Below are positions 17,987-28,290 of a DNA stretch of 64,000 nucleotides, piece by piece. A program made the translations under genes and the position numbers. The notes under the pieces were generated by a model. It did no database searches. It saw only the letters and a list, made by a program, of their open reading frames with translations, and had not been told where the DNA came from. Origin of the DNA: a virus; the IMG/VR virus record IMGVR_UViG_3300030108_004965, positions 127,697-191,696 of that record; one strand, 5' to 3'. Numbering within the stretch: position 1 is the first letter of the stretch; each line of letters opens with the position of its first letter.

Positions 17987-20110
17987 TTATCCGTTGGCAA
18001 CTTTTGCTATGTGAGCGTTAAATTTAGTTCCATCATTTAGCACCAACTGTAGATTGTCCGGAAACAAACCTTCTAAGTTGTTTGTAATGTTTATTTTTTG
18101 TGCTGTAACAAAAGCATTCTGCATTGCAGATTTCGCTTTACCTGCGGAGATTAATGCTAAGTTTGCTAAATCAGCAGACACCGCAGGGGTAACTTGTGAT
18201 TTATATTTGATTATGCCTTCGGCCTCTTTTTCTGCCTGAGAAGGCTCAGGTCCTGCTTCAAAAAGACTTCCAATACCACTAAACGCTTTATAAGCTAAAT
18301 ATAGTCCGCCTAAAATTAAAGCTAACTTGGCTAAAGGCACAGCGGCAGCAACAGCAGCGGCTCCCATCCCTGTTAAGCCCCCGATCATTCCTACACCACC
18401 AGCGACCCCAGCCCCACCAACAACACCCATGATAGTTGTAATAGCGCTTATAACAGGAATAAGTAATTTTGCTACAACCACTAGTCCTGCTATTTTTGCA
18501 ATTATTTCAACAAATCTTCTTTTCTGTTCTGGAGAAAATTGCTTGAGAAAATCCAATGCAGCACTGGCCATATCGTGCAGCATTTCTAGCACTGGTTGAA
18601 ATTCTACGATAAATTCTGCTGCAATTGCTTTCAACTTGTTTGTTATGGTCTGGGTGCCTCTGAGTGCTTCTGTTAATTTTTCTTGGGCGGCGGCATTCTC
18701 ATCCATTTCGGCTTGAGCCTCCTGATATTGCCCAAGGCTCATCCCAAAGATTCTTTGTGCCTCGTTTAAATCATCAATACCGGCAGCAGCGGCAATCGCT
18801 TTTTGTTGGAAACGGTCCATGTCCTTAAATGCAACACCTTGTGCCTGAACAGATGAGATAAGCGTCTCTATACGCTCGTCCTCAGTCATCATAAGCATTT
18901 GAGTAGTAGACAGTTGAGTCCCCAAGAGTGCATTTAGTTTACCAACTGTTTCGGCTGAACTTTGGAAGGTATCAAATTTACCAGCGATAGATAATAGTTT
19001 TGAAGTTTCCACCCCAGCAGTCTTTGCGGCACCTGCCAAGTTCTTAAATACAGTAACTGCTCTTGGTCCATACACCGCAAGAGTCCCCATTGATTGAGTA
19101 AAATCTTTTGTTATTTTCTCCGAACTTATTCCCAATTCTGTACCCAGCATTGCCAACTGATTTGTGGTTTTCAAACTTTCCTCAGCAGTCAACCCAAGGT
19201 TCAAGTTCATGAATTGGAAAATCTCTGCAGCGCTTTGGGCTGATACTCCAATTTTTTCTAGTTCTGCTGTGTTCGCGATCATTTTCTTTTGCATATCGCT
19301 CGAGACATTTACAAAGTTTGTCGTAGCCCCAAACAAAGTTTGTGCTGCTTTTCCAGCATCTTCCATAGAAACGCCAAAACCAAGCGCTTCTTGACCAGCA
19401 TCTTGAATTTGATCTGCAAATGCTCTTCCTGCTCCAGTAGCAGATGCAAAAGCAGCCTGTGCTTTATCGGCTTCCAGTGCTGTCTTGATTGTTCCTTCGG
19501 CAATCTTGGCGATTACGCTAAGCATTAAATTCAATACACTAAATGATTGGCGGAAGTTTTCAACAAATGCTAATTTGGCTGCATCACCGCCTGATTTTAA
19601 TTCTTCGTTGACTTTTATCAAAGTGCCTATGAAAGAATTTCCTAAAGTATTACTTATGCCCAAAGCACCAGTCAAATCATTCAATAATTTTTTTTGATTT
19701 TTTCCGTATTTTTTTTGTCCTTCGCTGATTTGGTAATCAGTCTGTAACTGTTTGAGTTTTTCCTCTCCAATACTTTTAGTAATGACATCTATATCTGAAA
19801 GAGAACTTGCCTCACCTTGTAGTAGAAGATCTATTTCTTTTAGTAATTCCGTTCTTCTTTTTTCCTGATCTTCTATGCCTGAGAGAGCATCAGAGTTTTC
19901 AAGGGCCTGCAGCATTTCTATTTTTGCAAGATCAAGATTGGCTTCTCTTTGTTCTTTGACATCACCTAGAATCTTAGAATATTCACGAATTGCTCTCAAC
20001 TGTTCTTCGGTATCATCTTTTCGTTCTTTTGATAACTCCGCGAGTCTCTCTCTTAACTTTACTTCTTTTTCTAGCTCTTCGTTGGTCTTTTCTTTACCTT
20101 CATCAGACAT
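17987..20110 (-). CDS. Tape measure protein
   Basis: 707 aa, helical, rich in Ala/Gly/Gln/Glu, with hydrophobic C-terminal segments; lies between the chaperone and baseplate genes. Confidence 0.8.
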   Translation of the reverse strand: MSDEGKEKTNEELEKEVKLRERLAELSKERKDDTEEQLRAIREYSKILGDVKEQREANLDLAKIEMLQALENSDALSGIEDQEKRRTELLKEIDLLLQGEASSLSDIDVITKSIGEEKLKQLQTDYQISEGQKKYGKNQKKLLNDLTGALGISNTLGNSFIGTLIKVNEELKSGGDAAKLAFVENFRQSFSVLNLMLSVIAKIAEGTIKTALEADKAQAAFASATGAGRAFADQIQDAGQEALGFGVSMEDAGKAAQTLFGATTNFVNVSSDMQKKMIANTAELEKIGVSAQSAAEIFQFMNLNLGLTAEESLKTTNQLAMLGTELGISSEKITKDFTQSMGTLAVYGPRAVTVFKNLAGAAKTAGVETSKLLSIAGKFDTFQSSAETVGKLNALLGTQLSTTQMLMMTEDERIETLISSVQAQGVAFKDMDRFQQKAIAAAAGIDDLNEAQRIFGMSLGQYQEAQAEMDENAAAQEKLTEALRGTQTITNKLKAIAAEFIVEFQPVLEMLHDMASAALDFLKQFSPEQKRRFVEIIAKIAGLVVVAKLLIPVISAITTIMGVVGGAGVAGGVGMIGGLTGMGAAAVAAAVPLAKLALILGGLYLAYKAFSGIGSLFEAGPEPSQAEKEAEGIIKYKSQVTPAVSADLANLALISAGKAKSAMQNAFVTAQKINITNNLEGLFPDNLQLVLNDGTKFNAHIAKVANG

Positions 20111-20114
20111 CTAA

Positions 20115-20480
20115 TTAATCCTTAAATGGCCATGGAAGACCTGTTTGTTTAACAAAGGCAGAGGAGGCCGTATTGGCCCTTTCCTTGGCTTCTTTTGTCT
20201 TGGGGCTATCTTTACCCTCATCGACATAAGAACGTAAGTATTCGGCCTCAGACTTAAGCGCATTTGCATAAGACTTTACATCCTCAAATTCTCCTTTGAT
20301 TGAGAACTTAATTTCCTGTCCGTTCTCTTCATTCAAGTTTGCAACAACATTTGCATCTTTGCCGTAAATGTATTTTAAGAGTTTTTTGTTCCAAAAACCC
20401 CACATCTTTAGCCAAGATTCATTGAGCACTTTACTTGTCAAGTCTATGGTAATCATTACAGGAATCCTCGTCTTTTCCAT
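20115..20480 (-). CDS. Hypothetical protein (true start may be ATG 20456)
   Basis: Open frame between the chaperone and TMP genes; GAGG SD precedes MITIDL; contains LNE motifs. Confidence 0.6.
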   Translation of the reverse strand: MEKTRIPVMITIDLTSKVLNESWLKMWGFWNKKLLKYIYGKDANVVANLNEENGQEIKFSIKGEFEDVKSYANALKSEAEYLRSYVDEGKDSPKTKEAKERANTASSAFVKQTGLPWPFKD

Positions 20481-20518
20481 AAATAGTTGTGAAACAGAAA
20501 TGACAATGAGAACACGAA

Positions 20519-20705
20519 TTACCTTCTTGCTTTTTTCATTTCCTTTGCTTCATCTTCATATTGTTTTTGAAGCCTTTCAACGAACCAGTTCCTCAAACCT
20601 ATAGGTAAATTATATGCTTCTATGAAACTCCAACCACCAAAATGTTTTAAAAGAAAGAATTGCTCATATACGGCTTCCATGTATTTAGAAGTCAGGCCAA
20701 AAAAA
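20519..20705 (-). CDS. Tail assembly chaperone, second (frameshift-accessed) reading frame
   Basis: FFGLTSKYMEAVYEQFFLLKHFGGWSFIEAYNLPIGLRNWFVERL; overlaps the end of the upstream chaperone at a run of 7 T; no SD before the internal ATG at 20680. Confidence 0.6.
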
Positions 20706-21515
20706 GTCAGTTCCAAAAGGAACGTCGACCTCCTGTTCTGCACTACAAGATTTGCAGGTTAATTTCGATCTTATTTCTATGTTAGGGGTTATGTTCCTTA
20801 ACAATAGTTTCAGGTGCCTAGAGTCCATGACAGGCATATTATCAACGTATTGGTTAATTATGTCTTGTTCTGTGTGGCCTTCGATAGAAAGTATCATTCT
20901 TTTGTACTGTTCTGTCATCAAATTATCTGAATCTTCTTCTGCTAGGAATTGTTTTGAAATGATTGTTTCATCTAAACCATTCATAAAACGAAATTCAACT
21001 TTGAATTTAGAAAATGGCATTTCGGTAACAAGTCCACCATTCTCTGTTTGAATTAAGTTTAGTTCTTCTGGTATTTCTTGCCCTGTATAAGTTGGGCTCA
21101 TAAGATCAAACTGTACATAATTAGTGGCTTGACACTCTTTGCATTTAACGTGCCCATCATATAGGCTCCCAAAACCATTAGCCCTTAGAGAGATCAAAAT
21201 AGCGTTTTTGTCTCCAACCAAAAGAGTTTGTGGATCAAATGATTTATCTATTATCACGTTTTCTAGTAAACGATCAATAGCGACTCCTTTCTTTAGCAGA
21301 GTCTGCGAAGTCAAAATGTCTTCATCTTTTGCTGTCATGTATCTTATCTCAATGGTGTCTTTTCCACTTAAAGGGTGCTCCTTAGGGTACCACTTTCCTT
21401 GAGATGGAAGCTCAACAAATTCAGTCGGCGCGACAAAATTCAAAGGATTGAATTGCGTTGGGGCCTCTGTGTGTTCAGGCTTGTGACCGCCAAGCCTATC
21501 TTTATTTCTACTCAA
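20685..21515 (-). CDS. T4 gp26-like baseplate hub / tail assembly chaperone
   Basis: VELPSQGKWY, IRYMTAKDEDILT, LLVGDKNAILISLR, two CxxC pairs, C-terminal FFWP. Confidence 0.8.
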   Translation of the reverse strand: MSRNKDRLGGHKPEHTEAPTQFNPLNFVAPTEFVELPSQGKWYPKEHPLSGKDTIEIRYMTAKDEDILTSQTLLKKGVAIDRLLENVIIDKSFDPQTLLVGDKNAILISLRANGFGSLYDGHVKCKECQATNYVQFDLMSPTYTGQEIPEELNLIQTENGGLVTEMPFSKFKVEFRFMNGLDETIISKQFLAEEDSDNLMTEQYKRMILSIEGHTEQDIINQYVDNMPVMDSRHLKLLLRNITPNIEIRSKLTCKSCSAEQEVDVPFGTDFFWPDF

Positions 21516-21524
21516 ATTTCACCT

Positions 21525-22079
21525 CTAATTATTATTTGCATCTGGATTGAATACGTCTGCGGCTTGACCGAAAAAGCCTGTTTCTTGTTTTTGGAACGTT
21601 GCATAATCAAAACCGACAGTTATTTGGATTTCAACTAATTCATCATCTGAGTAACTCAGAGATCCAAAATTGACTGATTTGAAAAAAGCATTATTTAATG
21701 TCCACGTTTCAATTGTTTCACCTTTCGCATTAAGTTGAAGAATCAAAATTTTATAAAAGGTTTTTCCGGGCTTTTCTATCTTTTTTATTGCATTTTTCGA
21801 TCCCGGGACATTCCACCCCATTTTTGATAAATTGTCATACAAACCATTTGTCTTGCCTCCTGTATCAACAGCGGTTATGGTTATGTCATTCCAAGTAACA
21901 ATACCCGGATATTTTAGTTTTTGATTTCCGATTTGATACTCACCAACATTCATTTCATAAGTTGGCTTATCAATTGTTTTAGCGTGTATCCAAAATGATT
22001 TTTCAATACTGCCCGGAGTTTGAATTTGAAATCTAAACTTTCTCGTTGGCTCTAGTTTTGGTAAATTCCAAAAAGTCAT
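21525..22079 (-). CDS. Tail tube protein paralog 2 (gp19-like)
   Basis: EPTRKFRF, KYPGIVTWNDITIT, ETWTLNNAF..SVNFGSLSYSDDELVEI. Confidence 0.85.
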   Translation of the reverse strand: MTFWNLPKLEPTRKFRFQIQTPGSIEKSFWIHAKTIDKPTYEMNVGEYQIGNQKLKYPGIVTWNDITITAVDTGGKTNGLYDNLSKMGWNVPGSKNAIKKIEKPGKTFYKILILQLNAKGETIETWTLNNAFFKSVNFGSLSYSDDELVEIQITVGFDYATFQKQETGFFGQAADVFNPDANNN

Positions 22080-22092
22080 CGGTCACCTGTTG

Positions 22093-22650
22093 TTAACTGG
22101 TAGTAGTAAATTGTTCACCGTCCTCAGTAGATGCCCCAGTGTTATCACACTCTGCCCAATCATAACGGAAAGTCAAATCAATAGTTCTAAGGTCGTCATT
22201 GTCGTAACTCAGATCAGAGAAAGAGACAGACTTGAGGAAGGAATTTTTCAAAGTCCAAACCTCAATAGCATCACCATTTGCATTCAAAATTGAAACAACA
22301 ACGTTTTTAACCGCACTTGTGGAACTTGCTTTTGACATCGTTTCTTTTTGATTCACGCTAGTTTTTACATTATAGCCAGCACTTTCAATTAATTTGTTGG
22401 TTAAGGCAACTGCATTAGGAGAGACTGGGTCTATGAGGGTCATGTTTACATCTGCCCAAGTAAGTCTTCCCGGAAAATAATATTTATTATCCAAGTAATC
22501 GTGCACCACTTCACTGATTTCATATGAGGGTGGCTTAAAGGTTTTAGCCCACCAAATGACAGAGTCTCCTTCAAGCCCTGTTATTTCAACTTGAAATCTA
22601 TAATTTCTTTTAGGCTCTACGCTTGTTTCGTTCCAAAATGCCATTACCAA
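22093..22650 (-). CDS. Tail tube protein paralog 1 (gp19-like)
   Basis: EPKRNYRF, YFPGRLTW, EVWTLKNSF..SVSFSDLSYDNDDL..I.LTFRYDWA. Confidence 0.88.
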   Translation of the reverse strand: MVMAFWNETSVEPKRNYRFQVEITGLEGDSVIWWAKTFKPPSYEISEVVHDYLDNKYYFPGRLTWADVNMTLIDPVSPNAVALTNKLIESAGYNVKTSVNQKETMSKASSTSAVKNVVVSILNANGDAIEVWTLKNSFLKSVSFSDLSYDNDDLRTIDLTFRYDWAECDNTGASTEDGEQFTTTS

Positions 22651-22676
22651 TGTTCTCCTATAAATTAATTAGTGGC

Positions 22677-25520
22677 TTATTCAAATTCAACACCAGTTTT
22701 AGTGATGATGAAGTCAATTGCGATAAACTCAATTGCTCTAGCAGGCTTGATAAAGATTTTTGCATACAATATGTTTCTATCTATCAAATCTGGTGTTGTA
22801 GTAGTTGTGTCTAATACTAGTTTGTACTCTGTGATACCTAGTTCTGTTTTTACTTCTGACAAAACAGCATCGGCTCGGGCTTTAAATCTGTTCCAAGTAG
22901 CCTCAACATTTTGATCAAACAAAATAGTATCAGCAATGTCTCCGATATGTCTCTTCAAGTAAATAAGCAGTCGACGAACATTGATTCTATCAAGTGCGGA
23001 AGCGGCCTGTTGTAGTGTTCTTTGTCCGAAGATCACAGTGTCACCCGTTGCTGGGAATCTTGCTATAGGATTGACGTGCGCCTCGTATAATTGATCGCGT
23101 TCTGCTTTTGTCAGGTGCTCAACCGTTCCGACAACAATCGGACCTAGAGACCCACCAAGTCTATTGAGACCACCACGGTTAAATCCAGCAGGAGCAAACC
23201 ACGGTTGAGACATAGCCTCTGATTTTGCAATGGCTCCAATAGCAGCAACAGATGGCGGCGCGATTATGATTGTATCATTTCCATTTAATGTATCTCTGAT
23301 TCTAACATTAGGATAATATGTGGCCGCATACGAGTTGTCAACCAATTCAGTTTCTAATTTGTTGATCATCGTTAGAATATTAGAGTTTAATGCTGAATCC
23401 TCTCTATCGTAACCGGGCCTGTAAATACCGCTAAAATCAATAATAGCAAGGTTGTCACCTCGGTTGGCTGAATTTAACATTAGTTTGGTATTTAGGTTAT
23501 CATTTATGATTCCGGGCATTGAAACCAATTCATATCTAATGTTATCTCTGTCCTCAATCATGTCTAGCGCTTCATTAACCGTAAACTGCGGATACCTGTT
23601 GGCTCCTTTATCTAATCTTGCGTTACTAAATGGGTTAGCGTATCTAATGTCAAGCCCTTCGCTTCCTCCAAAAAACGGAGCAGCAAATTGTCTGATTCCT
23701 TTGCTTGTAAACAACCCGTCACTACCAGTTAGTCCAAATTTAGCAGAATAACTCATTTTATCGGAGTTAAACCGGAAAGATCCAGAAGCAAAATAGAACC
23801 TATTTGTTTCGGTAGCAGACCCAGATCTTATATCATCTAGTGTGAATACGAAAGAAGCATTTTTTAAAGCATCAGTCGCAGCAAGATGAGGATTAATTGC
23901 AACTCTTTTTCTCAAATGTTCGTTTAAACTATAAGAGTGCGAATTAGTTCCTTTTCTATTGTGTCTTAACCCAAATACATCAGTTGCTAAATAATTTTGT
24001 TCATGAGGGCCGTTGCTATTAAACACTGTGGTTAAAATCAGAGGATATTTGAAAGTATAATCTACTGCACCAGTTGCGTTTAGAAACTTTGTATTATCCG
24101 CAGGAAAAGGAATTTCACTCTCACCAGTGAGCCATTTAAACATATTCACACTACTGTCCCCATTGACATGGATAGGATCAAGAGTTTTTGGTCCCACAAA
24201 ACCAACTGGTAAATCCATTCCTGATGGCAAAATCTCTGGGTTTACTGTGACCCTGACATAGCTTGACATGTTTGGATAAAGACCACTTAAATCGAACTTG
24301 TCTGTTGTAGAATTCCATTGTTCGTTAACATCTCCAATTCTTTTTACAATATAATCGTCATCCGTCGGGTCCATTGTAAGGCCAGAATAAACTTCAACCG
24401 CTACATCGTTAGCACCGCCCCTCTTCATTATGCTTAATGTAAAAGAAGATCTACCGCTTGGAGGCGTTCCTAGTTTACAGTCAGAAATTTTGACATAATA
24501 ATTGTTCTGCAGTTCGACCCCCTCACTTAGTGCGGTGAGGTAAAAAAGCTTCTTTTGGTCGGCTGCTCCTTGTCTTGGTCCGATAAACCATCCAGTTCTT
24601 GCTGCTGTCATTTCTTCCCTGTGATCTGCGAAAGAATCCGTTGCATTTCCAGTTAATGCTAAAATGACTCCTTGGACTTTTCCTGCTGAAGAAGAAAACA
24701 TTGCCGAAACATTTACATCGAAGGTTTCTCCTAAGAAATATGGTACGGCTTTACTAACACTACCTTGGTAATTTTTAGTCCCCTTATACATTGTCGGGTC
24801 TGTATTTAGCACATTTCTAATATAATTTGACTTGGTAGGATCAAAACTAACACTGTGAGTAACATTTAATGTAGAATTACCCGACGATGTAAAAGCCAAA
24901 TCAAAAGTCCAATTGTCACCAGAACTATCTACAACAGCAGAGGTTGCTCCTTTAGTAGTAGAATTGTGAGCAGTTCCAACCAACAGAGGGGTTGTACCAG
25001 AGCAATAAAAAATAGCACCTAGAGTTCCTGTTACTCCAATGTGACCTACAGCGTCGATGTGTGCATGACCATCATCGTCCAGAGATGCCGAAGGAAATAA
25101 CCAAAGAGCCATGGCAGTTGTATTGTGCACTAGATCATTGTTAGGTTCACCATCACCGATAGTCCATCCAGCCTTATTTACCTCAGCATCATCCGCTGGG
25201 CCGTTTTTACCTAGTAATCTGATGAACTTGACAGGTCCAGTCCCTGCAGCAAGGTATGCTTGGGCTGCGTATGCAGCATAGTTTGGAGCACCAGTGTTTC
25301 CAAATCTCCATGGGTCAGATTGTCTGACACCATCCATAGGATTTCCAAAAATTTCAACAAAATCATTTAGGTTTGTAACCTTAACCGGTCTCATTGCCGG
25401 TCCTGATCTAGCCCTACCAATTAAGAGTAATCCATCTTTTTCCGGCGTCGGTTCGAGAACTGATTCATCGATCTCGCGTAGTTGAATCCCGGGAGAAACA
25501 AAGTCAAATTTTCTAGCCAT
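22677..25520 (-). CDS. Tail sheath protein (gp18-like)
   Basis: FVSPGIQLREID, WFAPAGFNRG, LYEAHVNPIA.FP, FGQRTLQ...SALDRINVRRLL, IKPARAIEFI. Confidence 0.95.
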   Translation of the reverse strand: MARKFDFVSPGIQLREIDESVLEPTPEKDGLLLIGRARSGPAMRPVKVTNLNDFVEIFGNPMDGVRQSDPWRFGNTGAPNYAAYAAQAYLAAGTGPVKFIRLLGKNGPADDAEVNKAGWTIGDGEPNNDLVHNTTAMALWLFPSASLDDDGHAHIDAVGHIGVTGTLGAIFYCSGTTPLLVGTAHNSTTKGATSAVVDSSGDNWTFDLAFTSSGNSTLNVTHSVSFDPTKSNYIRNVLNTDPTMYKGTKNYQGSVSKAVPYFLGETFDVNVSAMFSSSAGKVQGVILALTGNATDSFADHREEMTAARTGWFIGPRQGAADQKKLFYLTALSEGVELQNNYYVKISDCKLGTPPSGRSSFTLSIMKRGGANDVAVEVYSGLTMDPTDDDYIVKRIGDVNEQWNSTTDKFDLSGLYPNMSSYVRVTVNPEILPSGMDLPVGFVGPKTLDPIHVNGDSSVNMFKWLTGESEIPFPADNTKFLNATGAVDYTFKYPLILTTVFNSNGPHEQNYLATDVFGLRHNRKGTNSHSYSLNEHLRKRVAINPHLAATDALKNASFVFTLDDIRSGSATETNRFYFASGSFRFNSDKMSYSAKFGLTGSDGLFTSKGIRQFAAPFFGGSEGLDIRYANPFSNARLDKGANRYPQFTVNEALDMIEDRDNIRYELVSMPGIINDNLNTKLMLNSANRGDNLAIIDFSGIYRPGYDREDSALNSNILTMINKLETELVDNSYAATYYPNVRIRDTLNGNDTIIIAPPSVAAIGAIAKSEAMSQPWFAPAGFNRGGLNRLGGSLGPIVVGTVEHLTKAERDQLYEAHVNPIARFPATGDTVIFGQRTLQQAASALDRINVRRLLIYLKRHIGDIADTILFDQNVEATWNRFKARADAVLSEVKTELGITEYKLVLDTTTTTPDLIDRNILYAKIFIKPARAIEFIAIDFIITKTGVEFE

Positions 25521-25579
25521 TAATTATACTCCTTAAATACGTTATTATTCCTAGTAAATAGTTTAGTAATTTGTGAAAG

Positions 25580-26437
25580 TCAAAATTCTCGAAATTTACC
25601 ATCATCGCCAGAAATGTTAGAAGACCAAGGCCTTTTATCACCGACGATAACTCTCTCTCTTGAAATTTTTACTTCAACCGCATTTTGTGTTTTTGTTATC
25701 TGAGGTCTGTCGCGGTTATTTCCATCTCCAACGAGATATCCAAGGACTTTAAATTGTATTTTAGCAGTGAACATTCTCTCGTCGGAACCCAGTGAGTTGA
25801 GATTGTTTCCAAGACCATAATCATCTTGAATAAAAAGTTCATATTGGTGACCTTCGCTAACGATAGGGAATACATTCTTCTGATCAATAACGAACGGAGG
25901 TATGATGTCGTTCATTTGTTGTTGATATTCTGTTCTTATATTGATCTCGAACATGCAGGTAACATAAGTTGGCTTTGGTATTGTTATTGTTTCATAGACA
26001 ATTTTTTTATTTACTTTACTTGTCTTTCTTGTTTCATCGCCTTTTGTTTCACGATTTGTATCAGCATTTGCAAAATTTCTTGTTTTGTCTTGCTTTATTA
26101 CTCTGGTGATTGCTACTGTTCCGCCTTGATACCCTTTTTCTGTTGGGTAATATGACTGATAGGAGCCTTTAAATTCATCACGGGTAACGCCTGTCCTTGT
26201 AACTGTTATTAAAGGTAACTTAAGTTTGCCAACTTTGTCTCTTAATTCTTTGTTATTTTTTACCTGATAAGGTCTCTCGGTTCCAAGCCACAATACAGGA
26301 ACTTTAGACCACCCAGTATTTGTACTTGTGTGTGCATCAACAATTTGATTAACGAAATTGTAGACTGCGTTGTCTATTGTCTCTAATGTGGAAGGATCAA
26401 ATGTCATTGCTTTTTCATTCGCCATTGAATAGTCCAT
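25580..26437 (-). CDS. Tail completion / sheath terminator-like protein (gp15-like)
   Basis: KLKLPLITVTRTG, IP.PTYVTCMFEINI.T.YQQQMN; lies between the neck and sheath genes. Likely start ATG 26425. Confidence 0.55.
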   Translation of the reverse strand: MDYSMANEKAMTFDPSTLETIDNAVYNFVNQIVDAHTSTNTGWSKVPVLWLGTERPYQVKNNKELRDKVGKLKLPLITVTRTGVTRDEFKGSYQSYYPTEKGYQGGTVAITRVIKQDKTRNFANADTNRETKGDETRKTSKVNKKIVYETITIPKPTYVTCMFEINIRTEYQQQMNDIIPPFVIDQKNVFPIVSEGHQYELFIQDDYGLGNNLNSLGSDERMFTAKIQFKVLGYLVGDGNNRDRPQITKTQNAVEVKISRERVIVGDKRPWSSNISGDDGKFREF

Positions 26438-26900
26438 CCCTTGCTCTTATGCATTCTGCTTGTATCTCGAATCGAGATTCTGGTTGTCCGAAGAGTAATT
26501 TTGGCTCAATTACCTTCACAATTTCATAATAAATTTCCCCAAACCTTACAAAATCTCCCTCTCTTACAAAAAGGTTTTGATCTTCGGTCAACCGTCTTTT
26601 GTGAAAATTGATCTTTATCTTTGTCGCCTTATCTAAGGCAAAATTATCCATATCCGAGGTCTCAACTCCTTGATATTCTACCAAAGCAAAGACTCTAATT
26701 GGGTGTAAAAAGTTTTTTTCTATTGCCTCGCCATATAAAGGGTGATAGTTTGTGTGTTCGATGTCGATTGGGAAATATAAAACTTGTTGCCCGACAACGC
26801 GTTCGATAATTTCATCATTAACCTGCTTGACAAGGTTCTTTTCTTTCTCCCCTAAGAATAAAGGCGGCGGTGGTTGAGTTGGTCTTGTCCATTTTGACAT
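26415..26900 (-). CDS. Head closure / neck protein (gp14-like)
   Basis: VNDEIIERVVGQQVLYF...YHPLYGEAIEK...VREGDFV; adjacent to the gp13-like gene. Confidence 0.7.
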   Translation of the reverse strand: MSKWTRPTQPPPPLFLGEKEKNLVKQVNDEIIERVVGQQVLYFPIDIEHTNYHPLYGEAIEKNFLHPIRVFALVEYQGVETSDMDNFALDKATKIKINFHKRRLTEDQNLFVREGDFVRFGEIYYEIVKVIEPKLLFGQPESRFEIQAECIRARDGLFNGE

Positions 26901-26904
26901 TTAT

Positions 26905-28167
26905 TTACCCCACGAAAATTTTCATTGGTGTTTTGGCGACGATAGCATCCGTATTGTCGACAAAAGCCTTGTCGGTTTCTGCCAATTTAGCGTAAAGCAT
27001 TTCGTCTAACTGTTTATTTAATTCTTCTCTCAAGGCTGTTTGTTCATTTGCTGCTTGAGTTAACAACTCTGCTGCATTTAACGATACATTATCTCCCGGA
27101 ATAGGCACAGAATTGCCAAATTTACCTCGAATCTGCCCTAGAGTTTCTTTTGATAAGGCTAAAGAAAATCTACGTATCCATTGTTGTCCCATAGAGTTGA
27201 TGCTTTCAAAAGGAAGGTTCGAGAAGGGTAAATTATTGACGTTATTGATACCGTTTACACCAGAATCATAAGATCCTGTGGCATATGCATCGTTTTCTTC
27301 AACAGTAAATCTAAACCAGAAATTCTCAGGCGATGCTATCGATGGGATCGGAAATAATCTCAAAGTATTATCAAAGATTTCATACGAATAATGGGATGTT
27401 CTTGTGTATAAGTGATCTTCGTATGTCACTGCTTGGATTTTGTTTTGCCAAACGGGTATTACTTGAAAACTTGAGTCGTCCGCATATTGACCGTAAGTTG
27501 TCATATCGCCGGTCACATTTAGGCCACCATAATATCCATAAAATCGCCACATAGCCAAAGGTGTTGTATAAAAAACTTGTCTAATTTTAATTCTAGGTGT
27601 TGTTGTTCTATTCGGGTCTGCCAAACTAGCATAATCAACACCTCCATCCGCTGCTGACGAGCTAACTATCGCTTGTAAGTCATAATCTTGTTGGTCTGCT
27701 ACGCTGGCAAAGGAAGCAGAGTAAATTTGTTCCGTTCCTCCGATTCCGACTTCCGTAGAGAACTTATCTCCAACTCTAAATGCATAATCAAATAAGAATT
27801 TAGGGTATTTCGTTGACTTACTTTCGGTACCAGCGATCTCACCTTTATAATCAAAAGAGCCTGTTTCACCTCCGAGAGCAGAACCAAGAGAGTTTCTTGC
27901 TTGGTGTAAATTTACAATGTAAGAGTATTCTAATACGGCTTCTTCGTAATGATTATAAACATTTTCTGCTTTTAATTCAATATCTAAGACATCACCACCC
28001 AATCTTTTGAACGTATATGCAACTTGTGCGGCTGCACCAGTTATAAAAGCAACGCTTCCTGTGTAGAAACCAATTGCCAACGAGTCCTTAACAAGATCAG
28101 TCGACCCAGTTGAGGTTAGGACAATCGCCGATGTTGTCGATGATGGGGTTAAACTTGGAAAAGCCAT
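26905..28167 (-). CDS. Neck / head-tail adaptor protein (gp13-like)
   Basis: RLGG.VLDIEL, WIRRFSLALSKETLGQIRGKF..VPIPG..V.LNA..L. Confidence 0.8.
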   Translation of the reverse strand: MAFPSLTPSSTTSAIVLTSTGSTDLVKDSLAIGFYTGSVAFITGAAAQVAYTFKRLGGDVLDIELKAENVYNHYEEAVLEYSYIVNLHQARNSLGSALGGETGSFDYKGEIAGTESKSTKYPKFLFDYAFRVGDKFSTEVGIGGTEQIYSASFASVADQQDYDLQAIVSSSAADGGVDYASLADPNRTTTPRIKIRQVFYTTPLAMWRFYGYYGGLNVTGDMTTYGQYADDSSFQVIPVWQNKIQAVTYEDHLYTRTSHYSYEIFDNTLRLFPIPSIASPENFWFRFTVEENDAYATGSYDSGVNGINNVNNLPFSNLPFESINSMGQQWIRRFSLALSKETLGQIRGKFGNSVPIPGDNVSLNAAELLTQAANEQTALREELNKQLDEMLYAKLAETDKAFVDNTDAIVAKTPMKIFVG

Positions 28168-28207
28168 ACATTATTCCTCCGCTATTTGTAAGTAGTTTCT
28201 AAACGTA

Positions 28208-28236
28208 GAAACCTCCGACATTCTAAATGCCGGAGG
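28208..28236 (-). terminator. Hairpin / terminator-like element upstream of the neck gene
   Basis: Minus strand CCTCCGGCATT-TAG-AATGTCGGAGG-TTT. Confidence 0.55.
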
Positions 28237-28290
28237 CTTACAGTTCAATAAATCATTGGAGGAGTTAATCATTATATAACTAGTTCCAAT

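Noticed and set aside
20432-20442. TTGACA inside the 20115..20480 gene
   Set aside because: No matching -10 box at 16-18 bp; treated as coding sequence.
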